From: Eledone cirrhosa
Taxonomy: Eukaryota
DNA length: 64,000 nt
Assembly: GCA_964016885.1 (NCBI GenBank)
Contig: OZ024740.1
Location: forward strand, 209,808,001-209,872,000
Direction of reading: 5' to 3'
The position numbers and the translations under genes were made by a program. Numbering within the stretch: position 1 is the stretch's first letter; each line of letters opens with the position of its first letter. The notes under the pieces were generated by a model. That model did not search any database. It was not told the DNA's origin and saw only the letters and a list, made by a program, of their open reading frames with translations. Below, piece by piece: positions 1 to 12,000 of this stretch.

Positions 1-81
1 ATTACCCATCTTATATGTTTTGTCAGCTGGGTTGAAAAATAGTTTCTCTAAGGGGTTGTCGTTATTTCTATCGTCATAGTT

Positions 82-405
82 GTGTGTGTTGCTATTATTG
101 TTATCATGGTGGTTGTTGTTGTTTCTATCCTTAGCATTAATATTATTATTGTTATGATTGCTAGATGTATTGTTGTTTACTTCACCGTTATTGTTGTTGT
201 TGTTACTGCTATTTCTACCATTGTGGTTGTTACTATTATTATGTTTCTTGTTTTTGTTGATGTTGCTACATGTACTATTTCCATTATTACCACTGTGGTT
301 ATTGTTGTTGTTGTTGTTCGTATTGTTACCGTTATTACTACTGTGGTCACTGTTGCTGTGTCTGTGGTTAACGTTTCTATTATTATTATTATTGTGGTTG
401 TTGTT
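82..405. repeat. Cryptic (TTG/TTA)n low-complexity tract
   Basis: Degenerate trinucleotide repeat giving poly-Val/Leu pseudo-ORFs. Confidence 0.85.
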
Positions 406-958
406 ATATATATATTATATTATAAGATTAATAGTATTTTTCATTTTCAGGATATAACCTCGGACATGTTCTGCATCAATGTGGATTTTTCTGCGAACGA
501 TCGTCTCATTGTACCTTGTCGAAGTACTTGTGACACAGTCGCTACTTGAATGGAGAATATACGGCGGTAAAATGAGAGTAGTTGATATATATAAAAGGGA
601 TCTACAGATTTGTCATGAGACTTGGAGAGGAGTAAGTAACAACACAGCAAAACCGGGGGTGAGGGGAGTGGTTCCCGTTTGTAGAAGGAGCAATGTAAAG
701 TGGAACGGCTGATGTAGCGAGTGTCGTAGGCTGTTCTCCGGGACCTTCTTGTTTTGGGGGTGCAGCTGAAATATACCGCCTAACCAAAGGTGGAGGGTCT
801 GCCCCTCCCTTCGCCTAACATTTTTAAAATCATTATTTTACTCAAATCCCGTCGAGGTTAACTTTGCCTTTCATCCTAACGGGGGTCGATAAAATAAAGT
901 ACCAGTAATACACTGGAATAATTGCTGGTCTTGTGCCTATTGTAGAAACAATTATTTT

Positions 959-962
<4 letters not shown>

Positions 963-1010
<48 letters not shown>
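963..1010. repeat. (CT)n microsatellite
   Basis: Direct observation. Confidence 0.95.
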
Positions 1011-1014
<4 letters not shown>

Positions 1015-1619
1015 ATTACAAAATATTAATTTCTAATTTAGACAGAAGGAGAGCAAATTTGAGGGAAGAGCAAAGTTAACCCTCAGTACTTTACTGATAC
1101 TTTATTTTAGTGACTCCAGAAAATTGAGCTTGACGGGATTTAATTCAGTGTAAAAAGCTAGAATAAACGTCACAATGACATTTTATCCGACTCTCTATCA
1201 ATTCTGCCAACCCATCATCCTTATTCATTAACTTATTACTAACACAACATAAGGCACAATGACTGGAAAAATTAATTAATTTTTTTTTATTCGTGAAAGG
1301 AAGCTGGAAGGTTGACGGTCATGTATTTTTACAAATAATTCGCAGTATTAGTTTATGCAAGATGATTTCAAGATTGTAATGCGTCCGTCACACTGACTAT
1401 GCATTGTATCTTGAAAACAAAGCGTGTATTTTCAGATTATATGAAATATCCAAAGGGACGTAATTGTTGTTATTTTGTTAATAGTCTCCCTTAGATCGGG
1501 CAGCAACTTGCTTATATAAATCAATCGAGGCGAGATTGTCAAGCATATTGAATTACCTTGCAAATCTCCAGCTGATGTACAACAAAGACCCCCCCCCCCC
1601 ACATACATACATACATACA

Positions 1620-1650
<31 letters not shown>

Positions 1651-1669
1651 GCATACATACATACATACG

Positions 1670-2048
1670 ACAATGTTTAATAAAAAACCAAATAATGAAA
1701 TATTACGTGTTATTAACGAAATAGGGGATGAATATTTACGACGGATAAAAACCCCAACATTTTGGCAAATCAACGCCTGTTTATATGCCTTAGCAACGAC
1801 AGTGAAGCATTATCTTGTTGATAGCAGAGATATTAACAAGAACAACACCACCAAAAATACCATCATATATAACTAAAATAGAAAAAAAGATTGCTGACCT
1901 ACGAAAAACCATAGGATATGTGACAATGTTCCTTACACAAAAAAAATCTCACTCCTCACAAACAAAGAGTGAAAAATAAAATAGAGACGATGTATGGTAA
2001 CAGTAGAACCAGAACTCTTCAATATAAGCTGATCACGCTCAAACAAGG
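1670..2048 (+). mobile_element. Degenerate N-terminal fragment of an R4/Dong-like non-LTR retrotransposon
   Basis: Broken translation FWQINACLYALATTV...KKIADLRKTIG...KIETMYG...LQYKLITLKQ resembles the pre-RT region of R4-clade ORFs; bounded by (TACA)n and (TA)n. Confidence 0.4.
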
Positions 2049-2063
2049 TATATATATATATAT

Positions 2064-3249
2064 CACAGACCTTGCCTTCGAGTCAATCTTCCAATCGAAG
2101 ATGGTTGGCCTTGAGCCTCTGCTGAAGAATATCGAAGTTTTCGAACCCCATCAAGGTATCTTCATACTCATGAACTACCTCTCTATTCCTAAGCTTCTGT
2201 ATCTGCTCAGGGTCAGCCCCTCTCACAGATTTCCGTCCTGCCTCCAACGCTTCGACGACCTAATCTTCGAGAGACTCGAGTGCCTGGTCAATATTAGAGT
2301 CTCTCCAGAGTCCCGCGATCAGGCTGCGTTGCCCAGGCAATTTGGGGGTCTTGTCTTCGTAAGTGTTCGTCCCTCTCTCTCCCCTGCTTCCTTTCCTCCA
2401 CCCACGCTACATCCTCTCCAACATGGACTAGTTCCAACAGGGAGTTGGGTGAAGCTCTCCAGCAATGGAGTGAGTTGGGCTTGTCTCTTCCTGAGAAGGT
2501 GGAGGACGGTCGAAGTCAGAGAACTTGGGACAGCATAAGTTTGACTCCCTCTTCGTCCAGTCAGATCAGTTTGCAAGATGCCGCTTACTATCTGCCAGCG
2601 CCAAATACTCAGGCGACTGGGTTGATGCCCTACCGTGGCCAACGTTGGTGGCCTACTCAGCCTGGATGCTGCGGTTAGGACGAGAACCACAGCTTCTGCA
2701 GCCGAGGGGAGTAAGACCCTCAAATACTCTGATCTGTCGGCCAGCTACATTTTTGGCTTTCGATACGTTTGGGGGAGTCGAGCCGCTGACTGCGAGGTTC
2801 CTCTTTTCACTGGCGAATTGCGCGAGGGCGCTTGGCTGTTCCAGCACATCAGCCTCGTCATCACTCGAGGCAACGCTGCGAGCGTTCTGGCTTGCCTCAA
2901 AAATCATTAGAGAGGTTGCCCAGTACTCCTCGCGACGTTGCTGTCTTTTGCTCTGGTGTTGGTTCGGTTGTTCACCCCTTCCTTTACATTTTCTTTAATA
3001 TTGTAACATTAAAAGAATGTATCTTTCTGAATGAATCGCGAGCAATTTATAATGTTATCTAAGCATTTATAATGTTATCTAAGCATTTATAATGTTATCT
3101 AAGCATTTGTAATGTTGTTTATGTATATATTTAAAACATATTTGTTATGTTATTCTACTGTAAATTTATCTATATGCTCTGTTTATATTTTCATTCTGAA
3201 AGAATTGCAAACGATTTCTAATGTTATTTCTAATGTTATTTAATGCAAC
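2064..3249 (+). mobile_element. 5'-truncated, internally deleted CRE-like (RLE-type) non-LTR retrotransposon
   Basis: GC-richer block with frameshifted PKLLYLLRVSP, RDQAALPRQFGGL, RLLSASAKYSGDWVDALP, WLFQHISLVITRGNAASVLACL motifs; AT-rich 3' UTR with 20-bp tandem repeats (3041-3120); (TA)n on both sides. Confidence 0.65.
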
Positions 3250-3271
3250 TATATATATATATATATATATA

Positions 3272-3526
3272 ATGTAGGAGGTGAGTTTTATTGTAGTACA
3301 ATAAAACAATGCAGATATCGGATAAGTAGCACTCTACAGTTTGTAGGACTGGAGTATAAATAATAATATATAAGATCAAAAGATGGTTAAAAGAGTTCTA
3401 TGTATTTTATTATGCGCATTTCAAAAACAAATATCATCATGCAATAACATTTGCGTTTTCGTCAGATAAAATAGGGAGACATGATATGAAGGTTAAAACA
3501 CACTTGTGAATAGTGCAGTTTTAAAT

Positions 3527-3530
<4 letters not shown>
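3272..3530 (-). mobile_element. Putative Penelope-like pseudo-LTR unit carrying the hammerhead, flanked by (TA)n
   Basis: About 260-bp unique segment bounded by (TA)n tracts on both sides, containing the hammerhead and downstream AATAAA on the minus strand. Confidence 0.5.
3403..3473 (-). ncRNA. Minimal type I hammerhead ribozyme (Penelope-like element type)
   Basis: Minus strand TATTTTAT-CTGACGA-[16-bp stem II, GCAT loop]-GAAA-TGCGCA-TA-ATAAAATA: intact CUGANGA/GAAA/NUH core, perfect 8-bp stem I, short palindromic stem III. Confidence 0.78.
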
Positions 3531-3601
<71 letters not shown>

Positions 3602-3648
3602 ATTGATAATGATAATGAAATTATTGTGTAGTGTTCAGGTGCACTACA

Positions 3649-3705
<57 letters not shown>

Positions 3706-4154
3706 ATATAAATATACGTTATTCCGGGTTGAATCGGAGGTAACCACAGTAAGTAAGGTACTCAATACATAGCAGAGTATATATATATAAATATATATAC
3801 ACACACACACACACACACACTAGACACCTTTGGTCATATGTCAGCTGGATAAGGGCAGGCCATGGGTTAAACAGTAATTTGACCTGCTCTAAATTCCCTA
3901 GTTATCATTTGAAGGCCCTCCAGAAGAACCTGAAAAACTTACAACTACTACTCGTCTCACTAAATCTATTTTGGAGCGTCTAAAGTAGGGACACTCAAAT
4001 GTTTTTAAGACCATCGAATCCTTGACGCCTATTCGACACAAGCATATACAAAAATAAATAAATCAGTAAACGGAATATAAAATAAATAGACAATAAAGAC
4101 TCATTATATATATTCAACAAGTTGCATTTTATTGTATTATTTTATATATATTCA

Positions 4155-4310
4155 GGATCACCTGGCGACGAACGTTCCAAAAAGACCTGATGGCAGCCAA
4201 CATCACTTAGCACGGACGCAAAAAAACCAAACACTGCTAATCGTGACCGTTGGCGAGTACTTACTGCTCGATGTGCTGAGCGGCGCGTAAGAACCTAAGA
4301 CTAAGATTCA
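4155..4310 (+). mobile_element. RTE-like LINE 3' end
   Basis: TWRRTFQKDL...RDRWRVLTARCAERR followed by a CTAAGA tandem tail. Confidence 0.55.
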
Positions 4311-4797
4311 TGTTTTATACAAAATGACAGATTTTCGTCTAACGTTCCCTCGACCACTTTCGGGACCCTTAAACTACAGTCGTTTGACATGCTCGAAATA
4401 ATAAGCTGGGATGGTCACATTTGGAATACCTTTAATTATAGGTCTGCTCAATCAGAGTTTGAGGTTAAACAACTCTTTTAGTTAAATAATAAAGGCGATC
4501 TTTATTTTTAAAACATGTATTTTTAAAAACATCTTGTTAAATGTTAAATAACTGCATAAGGTGAGTAAGGAAAAAATTCCTCCACAAAACATTTATAGAA
4601 TAACTAGAGGAATTTCTTTAAAAAATAGATCCGTTTAGTAGATTAAAACTTATTAATTAATATATACTTATATACCTCTCTCACTCCTATTAATATTGTT
4701 TTCGTGGCGTCAATGATTATACACAACAATCACCTACACGGTTATAATTGGTTAAATACATGTAATTCATTGCAAATTACGGTAGCTTTAAATAGCT

Positions 4798-4870
4798 GGC
4801 CGCGTGGCCTAATGGATAAGGCGTCTGACTTCGAATCAGAAGATTGCGAGTTCGAGTCTCGTCGTGGTCG
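4798..4870 (+). tRNA. tRNA-Arg (anticodon TCG)
   Basis: 73-nt cloverleaf: acceptor GGCCGCG/CGTGGTC, D arm GCCT/AGGC, anticodon arm TCTGA-CTTCGAA-TCAGA, T arm GCGAG-TTCGAGT-CTCGT; followed by a TTTTT Pol III terminator (4875-4879). Confidence 0.97.
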
Positions 4871-5559
4871 TATCTTTTTAATTTCAAATACTATTATAGA
4901 GGGTTAAATAAATTTAAGTTGTATTTACGCTGTCCATTATAATATTTCTGAATTAAGATATCAGTCGTTAATGCCGTATATTAACGTTTTATTCAGCCAT
5001 ATTTTCCTCATTCTCTAAAGGATTAATAATATTTGGTGTTACCATCAATGGTATTTTATTGTATTTTATTGTATTAATTTCAAGAATTAATTAAATGTAA
5101 AGCAAAATGTTTCTATTTAGAATTAAACGAACAATAATACATCTGTTTTTAATTCCCAGTTAAAGTAAATTTCACTTACGTCGTTCAATCACATTTTCCT
5201 ATATTTTCGAAGTAAGATATTTAAAATTTATCTCCAAATTGTGTACAAATGATCTAAAAATCTCAAATTCTAGTTTGAGGTTTGATACTATAACGCATAT
5301 TTCTTAATTGCCGTTGAAATCTTGAAATTATAGAGGTAATTAAAACTACGTTAAGGTTAATGAAACTTATATAAAACGATAAAAAAAATCCCATACAATT
5401 TGATGCAAATCTAATGGTGAATATTAAAAGATATCTTTCACTAAACAAACATTCAGATAAGCAATGATTTTAGAAGGCGCGGAGATTTAAGTACGAAACT
5501 ACTGATTCTGAACAAGTGCTGTCTTTTCTCTCTGTATTCATGTTTTCTTTAAAGCCAAT

Positions 5560-5605
5560 ATGACGGACGTCAAAGATCCGGCGATGCCTGCCGTCACAGA
5601 AATCG
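5560..5605 (+). CDS. NELFB: NELF-B exon 1 (MTDVKDPAMPAVTEI)
   Basis: ATG at 5560, strong donor G|GTAAGT, phase 1 joins exon 2 (G+TG = Val). Confidence 0.75.
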
Positions 5606-5982
5606 GTAAGTATACAGAAACTATTCCATAAATCAAAAGTAGTAATGTATTTCTTCCTCGACGTTTCTGTTTAAAATGTTTTCCACATATTATTCACAAA
5701 TTAATCTAATATTTTATTAACCATGCTGTCAGTAACAGCACCTAAGCTGGCACTAATAACACGCTTAAAAAGTTTATATTGTGAAAATATTTTAAGTTCA
5801 ATCCACTGGTTTAATTTAATTTTATATTCTATTTTGAAAAGTATAATTCTCTTAGATAATCACTTAGTTTGTTTCCAAAAATAAAATCAATATCTATAAT
5901 TATTTAATTCTATCACTGTTTACGTAAATATCTAATTAGGCATCTGTTTTTCAATATGAGTTTAACGATAATTTGATGACTA

Positions 5983-6045
<63 letters not shown>

Positions 6046-9000
6046 TAATGTGTGTGTCTGTGGTGGTAGGAAACCTCGACATTAAGTCTCGAAATAAGAG
6101 AATGAAAATATTAGATCCAGCAGATTCATTATGTTTATTCACGTTAGGGTTTAAGTTTGGCTTGCGGTAATTAACGAAATCAATGTGTATGTATATATAT
6201 ATAATGGAGGCACATGGCTTAGTGGTTAGAGCATTGGCCTTGCAATCGAAAGGTTGTGAGTTCAATTCTCAGACTGGGTGATGTGATTTTTCCTTGAGCA
6301 AGACACTTTATTTCACATTACTCTAGTTTATTCAGCTGTAGAAATGAGATCATTTCACTGCAGTGGTCGTGGAGGTGCTACGGCAAAAAAGCACTCACTG
6401 TAAATGAGGTTGGTGTTAGGAAGGGCATCCAGCTCAGCCAGCATCAGTTCCTGTCCCACCCTTGCAAGCAGGGAAAAAGCGGACTTAAAATGAAATGATA
6501 TGAAGTGTGTGTGTGTAACTACACGGCAGTTGTGAAAAGTCAATTGGCGAAACTTGTATTACTGCCATTATTAAAATAAATACAATAAATCATCCCTCTA
6601 CAATAAGTATAAAGGTCTGTCTTTAGATAATGTTAGTAATGTGCAAAATATGTCTTACAACAACCACATTACGATATAACTCTACACGACTTCAAATTGG
6701 GCGGTGGATTGGCAGTATCGGTAGAGGGTCGGACGTCATGTTTTGACGCATAGAATTACGGCCCTTTCTATTCTGAGGTCAACTTTGCCTTTCATCCTTA
6801 CGGGGTCGATAAAATAAAGTACCAGTAATGTACTGGGTAATTGCTGGCCTTGTGCCAAAAGTAGAAACAATTATTATATTTCACAAATTATATTTGATCA
6901 GCACTAAAACACCAACAACTATTGAAGAGTGGAATACAATATTTACATGGGATCACTTACCAACTTTGCAGTAATGCAAACAAAATTCAAAACTAACCCA
7001 TTAAAAGTTCCTCAACCTAAAATTTATTTTATTTCCAATAGTTTCTTACTTTGTTGATATTTCTTGTGATCTTCACTAATAATAACTGTTATTCTTAGGT
7101 GTTACATAATTTAGGCTGTCACTTATGCCTAATTAAAGAAATACAGTAATATTTGAAAGGATATCTAATTTTAATAATTTGTATTTCTAATTTGAAATCC
7201 TTTTGCATTAAAATCTAGTTTCTAGTTGCCATTTGTTAAGCATTACATTATTATAATGTCACTTCTGTTTTCCATTTTCTCTATATTAATATTTTCAGTG
7301 AAAGGAAGTGGTCTTGAAGACCTGGGTATGGCCGGAGGAGAATTCTTGCGTGAAGCACTGACCAACTGTTCTGACCCACTACTTGCTATTGAAGAATTCC
7401 AGTCTGAAAATGGTATCCTCTTGCCTTCACTGAAGCCAGCACTTCCTTTCCTAGACCTGCATGGAATGCGTCGTCTGGACTTTCATACTTCTGTTGTTGA
7501 AGAGCTGAGAGAAAAACTACTGCAGAAAATCTCCAACTTGGCCAATAGCTCTGATGAGGAACGGTTTAAAAAGCTTGAGGCCTTGCTACAAAAATGCTAC
7601 CCTGCTATCAAAGTAAAAACCTTGCGTCCTGTAGTAATGTGTATCTTGAAACATTTACCAGAGATTAAAGAAGATTATTTGGTTCAGATTGCTGCCAATA
7701 GACAATACTATGAGGAAGCTGCAACTGAAGTTAAGAGGCAGATATGGCAAGACAACCAGTCAATGTTTGGAGATGAAGTGTCTCCTCTTTTTTCTCAGTA
7801 CATAAAAGAAAAAGAAGATACATTACTTGGACATGAGAACAGCACATCAGTTTTCTACATGCCATCTCCTCGTATGCGACGACAGGGGGAAGTAGTACAA
7901 AAACTCGTTCATATGATAGGACGCAGTTTGCAGCTGTATGATATGGTGCTGCAGTTTTTACGGACACTTTTTTTACAGACAAGGAATACACATTACTGCA
8001 CTTTGAGAGCTGAACTTCTAATGGCATTGCATGATCTTGAGATAAATGAAATCTGCTCTGTTGACCCATCACATAAATTTACCTGGTGTGTTGATGCATG
8101 TGTTCGAGAACGGTTTGTTGACACAAAGCGTGCAAGAGAGCTACAAGGATTTCTTCATAGTATTAAACAAAGCCAAGAACAACTACTTGGGTTAGTATTT
8201 TTTTATGTTCTAATTATTTTTTAACCTTATTTTTGATGTAATAAGGAATAAAGGACAACAGGTAGAACATATAAGTTCTAGATTTTACATTTGATATAAA
8301 GTGGGATCTGTGATTAGTAATACAGGCTCTATTTATACTAATAGTCATTCAAATCTTATATCTTTATCAATATCTTCTAATTCAGATCAACCTTTTTATA
8401 CTGTCTCTTTGTAAGAAAGCATATTTACTTTTTTCTTTCTTAAATATTGAAAGTCAAAAATTTGAATTTGATTTTTAGAAAATATATTTTTTTTCTAAAA
8501 GTATTTCTGAGTAATTCATAGATTTTTCAAAGGAATCTTTAATTGCTGTGCAATTTGACAGCTGAATTTATTTTAGCTTAATAAATCAAAATTAAAATCT
8601 AAAGCTTTGGTATGAGAGTGAACTAATCCAAGAAAAACCTCTGCTTGGTTTCAGTGTCCATGTTATTGAAATTTGTTACAGTTACTATGTTTATCACAGA
8701 AAAATCGCAACCAGATGGATTGCTCTGTTACATCAAGCCAAAATCAGTTCTGTATGAGCAAGACACGGTCACCTGACCTGACATTGCCCCAACAGGACAA
8801 CTCGTCTAACCTATGCTAGCGTGGAAAAATGGATGTAAAACGGGGATGATGATGATGATGATGATCAAGAAAAATACAAAGAATAAAACAAAAACAAACT
8901 AGGTTTTGTTTTGCCATTTTAGAAAAAAACAAACTATTAGCACAAGTTTTGGTTTGTGTAATGTTTTCATGGTATCTATAGATCAAGTATGAATAAGTTA

Positions 9001-12000
9001 TTTGTTTAGAACTTTGCAATCATCATCATCATTTCCCTGGTAGCAAAGGTTGTACGAGTGATCATAGACCAGTTAGTACTCAAGCAGAACTACTGACCTC
9101 AGACAGGTAGGAGGCCTGCATCTCACTTTCTTACATTCCCGCACTTTATCGAGTGTTTAGACAGGCTAGGGTCTACTATTTACTTACATATGTTCCCACA
9201 CCTTACCGAGTGTTTAGACAGTCCAAAGGTGCACTATTTACTTACATATGTTCCCACACCCTACCAAGTGTTTAGACAGTCCAGAAGTCCACTATTCACT
9301 CACATATGTTCCTGCGCCCTACCATGTGTTTAGAAAGGCCAGGGATCTACTATTCACTTACATATGTTCCCATGTCCTACCGAATACATATTTTTAATAT
9401 TCAATAACCACAGTCAAGAGAATGTCAAAACAGATCAGATGGTATTTAAGATCCAGCAACTTCAACGGTTTCGGCACTGATTTGAATATGGTGGTCATTA
9501 GTTTACTTGGCCAGCTGTGGCACCATCAGTATCCTATATTGTTTGCATCCATCACAACTTTTTTACAGTTGTTGATGCTGCTATAGAGGTAGAGATATTA
9601 TCTTTTTTACTTGTATTTTACCTTTAAATATGCCGCCTAAGCAACCAGCAAGTAATGCTGCACACAGTGGTAATATGTGGCATTATCTCAGTTCCAGAAG
9701 GAGTCGATACTGATAAAACTAGAGAGTGGTACATCAATGAGAACTATGTGTGCAGAATATGGTATCAGTAATACAGTACAGTATATTTGTTACCCTAAGC
9801 TTCCACTGGTTTGGAAAATCCGTGATTCCAGCACCCGTCTGGTTCCAGGCTTGCTGGATTAGTGAGATCCAGCCTGTAGTAATGTATAAAACTTTAGAAA
9901 ATGTAGTAAGATTCAAGGTAAATTTATCTATAATACCATTTATTTATTTATTTATGTCTTTGTTCATTAAAAAACAAGCAATGTGTTGGGTTAATATCTG
10001 GTTGTCATTCACCAAGCAACACCTGTTTCTCTAACCTCTAAGTTCAATTAGTTTCTGATCTTTGATACAAGTTCACTATAACTTTTTGTTTCTTCATGGT
10101 TCAGTCTTACGTCCTCTAATTTTAATAAGTTGTAGTAACTTATAAAGCAAATTGGCAGAGTCATTAAAACATTAGAATGCTTTGTGGTATTCGTTTTGAC
10201 TCTCTGCTCTCTGAGTTCAAATCCTGTTGAGGTCATCTTTGCCTTTCATCCATTTGAGGTTGATAAAAAAGTACCAGTCTAGTACTGAGGTCGATTCTTC
10301 CTCTATATCTCTCTCATTTCCATTCTCTTACTCTCTCTTTCTTACTCTGGAAGAAATCTGTTGTATTCAGATCTGGAGAGGATTGGGCTCAAACAAGTTT
10401 TTAAATGCCTCAGAAGTTACAGGACCATGAATGCTCGCTGTACCTTATAAATACTATAATGTATTGGATGTATTATGAAACTTCCCTATTGCTGGTTATC
10501 ATTTTAAGTCTGTATATCTGATTATGTATAAAATTTACTTATGTTAATTAAGTATCGATAAAATGTTGTTAGCTGAAATTTTGTTTTGATTTCAATAACT
10601 AAATTTCTGTTTATAAACAAATATCTCTTAAAGTATTCTATTTGTATTTTGTTTTTAACTTCCAAGATTTTTATTAACTCCCTTCAGTCTAATCTAATCT
10701 TATAGTTTGATATATTTTTTGCATACACCTGCCACATCTCATACTGTTTCCATCGACTTTTTTTTTTCTAAAAGCTTCTTTATTCTTCGTAGAATTTTCT
10801 GTTAGAAATTCTCTGCAATCAATAATAATTCTTCTGGTATGTAAGCTGCTACTTGACACACATCATCATTATTTAATGTCCATTTTCTTTGCTAACAAGA
10901 GTTGAACAAGTTTTCGCAGGCTGAGTCACTACTCAAACAGGGGCTACTGACCTCTCAGATAGGCTGGAGGCCTGCTTCTCACTTACATACAATCTGGCCC
11001 TCTACTAAGTGCATTTTATTGTGACATCAGATATTGTCATGTCTTCGACACAGTTGAAGAGTCCTCACAACCTTTTATTTGGCAGGTCTCCTATGGCTGG
11101 ATGCCCTTTCTATCACCAGCAACTTTATAGAGTATACTGGCTGTGTTTTTCATGTAGATCACCAACACTTTTTTTTACTTGTTAGATCTGTAGAAAAGAG
11201 CAGTGCCCATGGTCATTGCAGGCCCCCCAAGACCAATGCGATTGGTGTTAATATTCTGCTTAAACTGTTACAAGACATCACCTATTGTAAAGTGATGTAA
11301 CTCAAAGCTGCAAATGGTATTTTGGAGATCGAAAGATTGCTATGTCTCTCTGTTTTATTATTACACCTGAGCAAGGGTGTTGGGTTGGCAGAATTGTTAG
11401 AGTATCGGCAAAATGTTTTGCAGCATTTAGTTACGGCTCTTTACATTTTATGGCCAGCTTTGCCTTTCATCCTTCAGGCTCGATAAAAAAAGAACCAGTC
11501 AAGTATTGGGGTCGATTTAATCAACTTTCCCTTTTGTGCCTAAATTAAAAATCATTGTTACAACTTAGCAGTGGATTGGCAGAATTCTGTTGACATCATC
11601 TTTGTCTTTCATCTTTCTAAGGTTGATAAAATAAAGTACCAGTAAAATCGATATAACCAACTTTCTTCTTCTCCCAAATTAATGGCCTTGTGCCAATTTT
11701 AGTAAGAATGATTGCAAGTTAGAGGATGGATTGACTTCACTTCACATAGAACTCACTGATTATATTCTTAACAGTGCCAACTTCCTATTTAGAAAGAAAT
11801 ATCTTAGCTCTTGAGTGAATCTTGACTCTATAAGTTCCAAATATGCTACACTACGTTGTTGGATTGGCAGAATCGTTAGAGCGTCGGACAAAATGGTTTG
11901 CACCATTTAGTGAGCTCTTTACATTCTGAGTTCAAATTCACTTTGCTCACTCTATTGTTCAGATTAAAGAAGATATCTTCCCTGGTTAAACTCTACTGAA

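Noticed and set aside
82-549. Hydrophobic poly-Val/Leu ORFs
   Set aside because: Translation of a cryptic TTG/TTA repeat.
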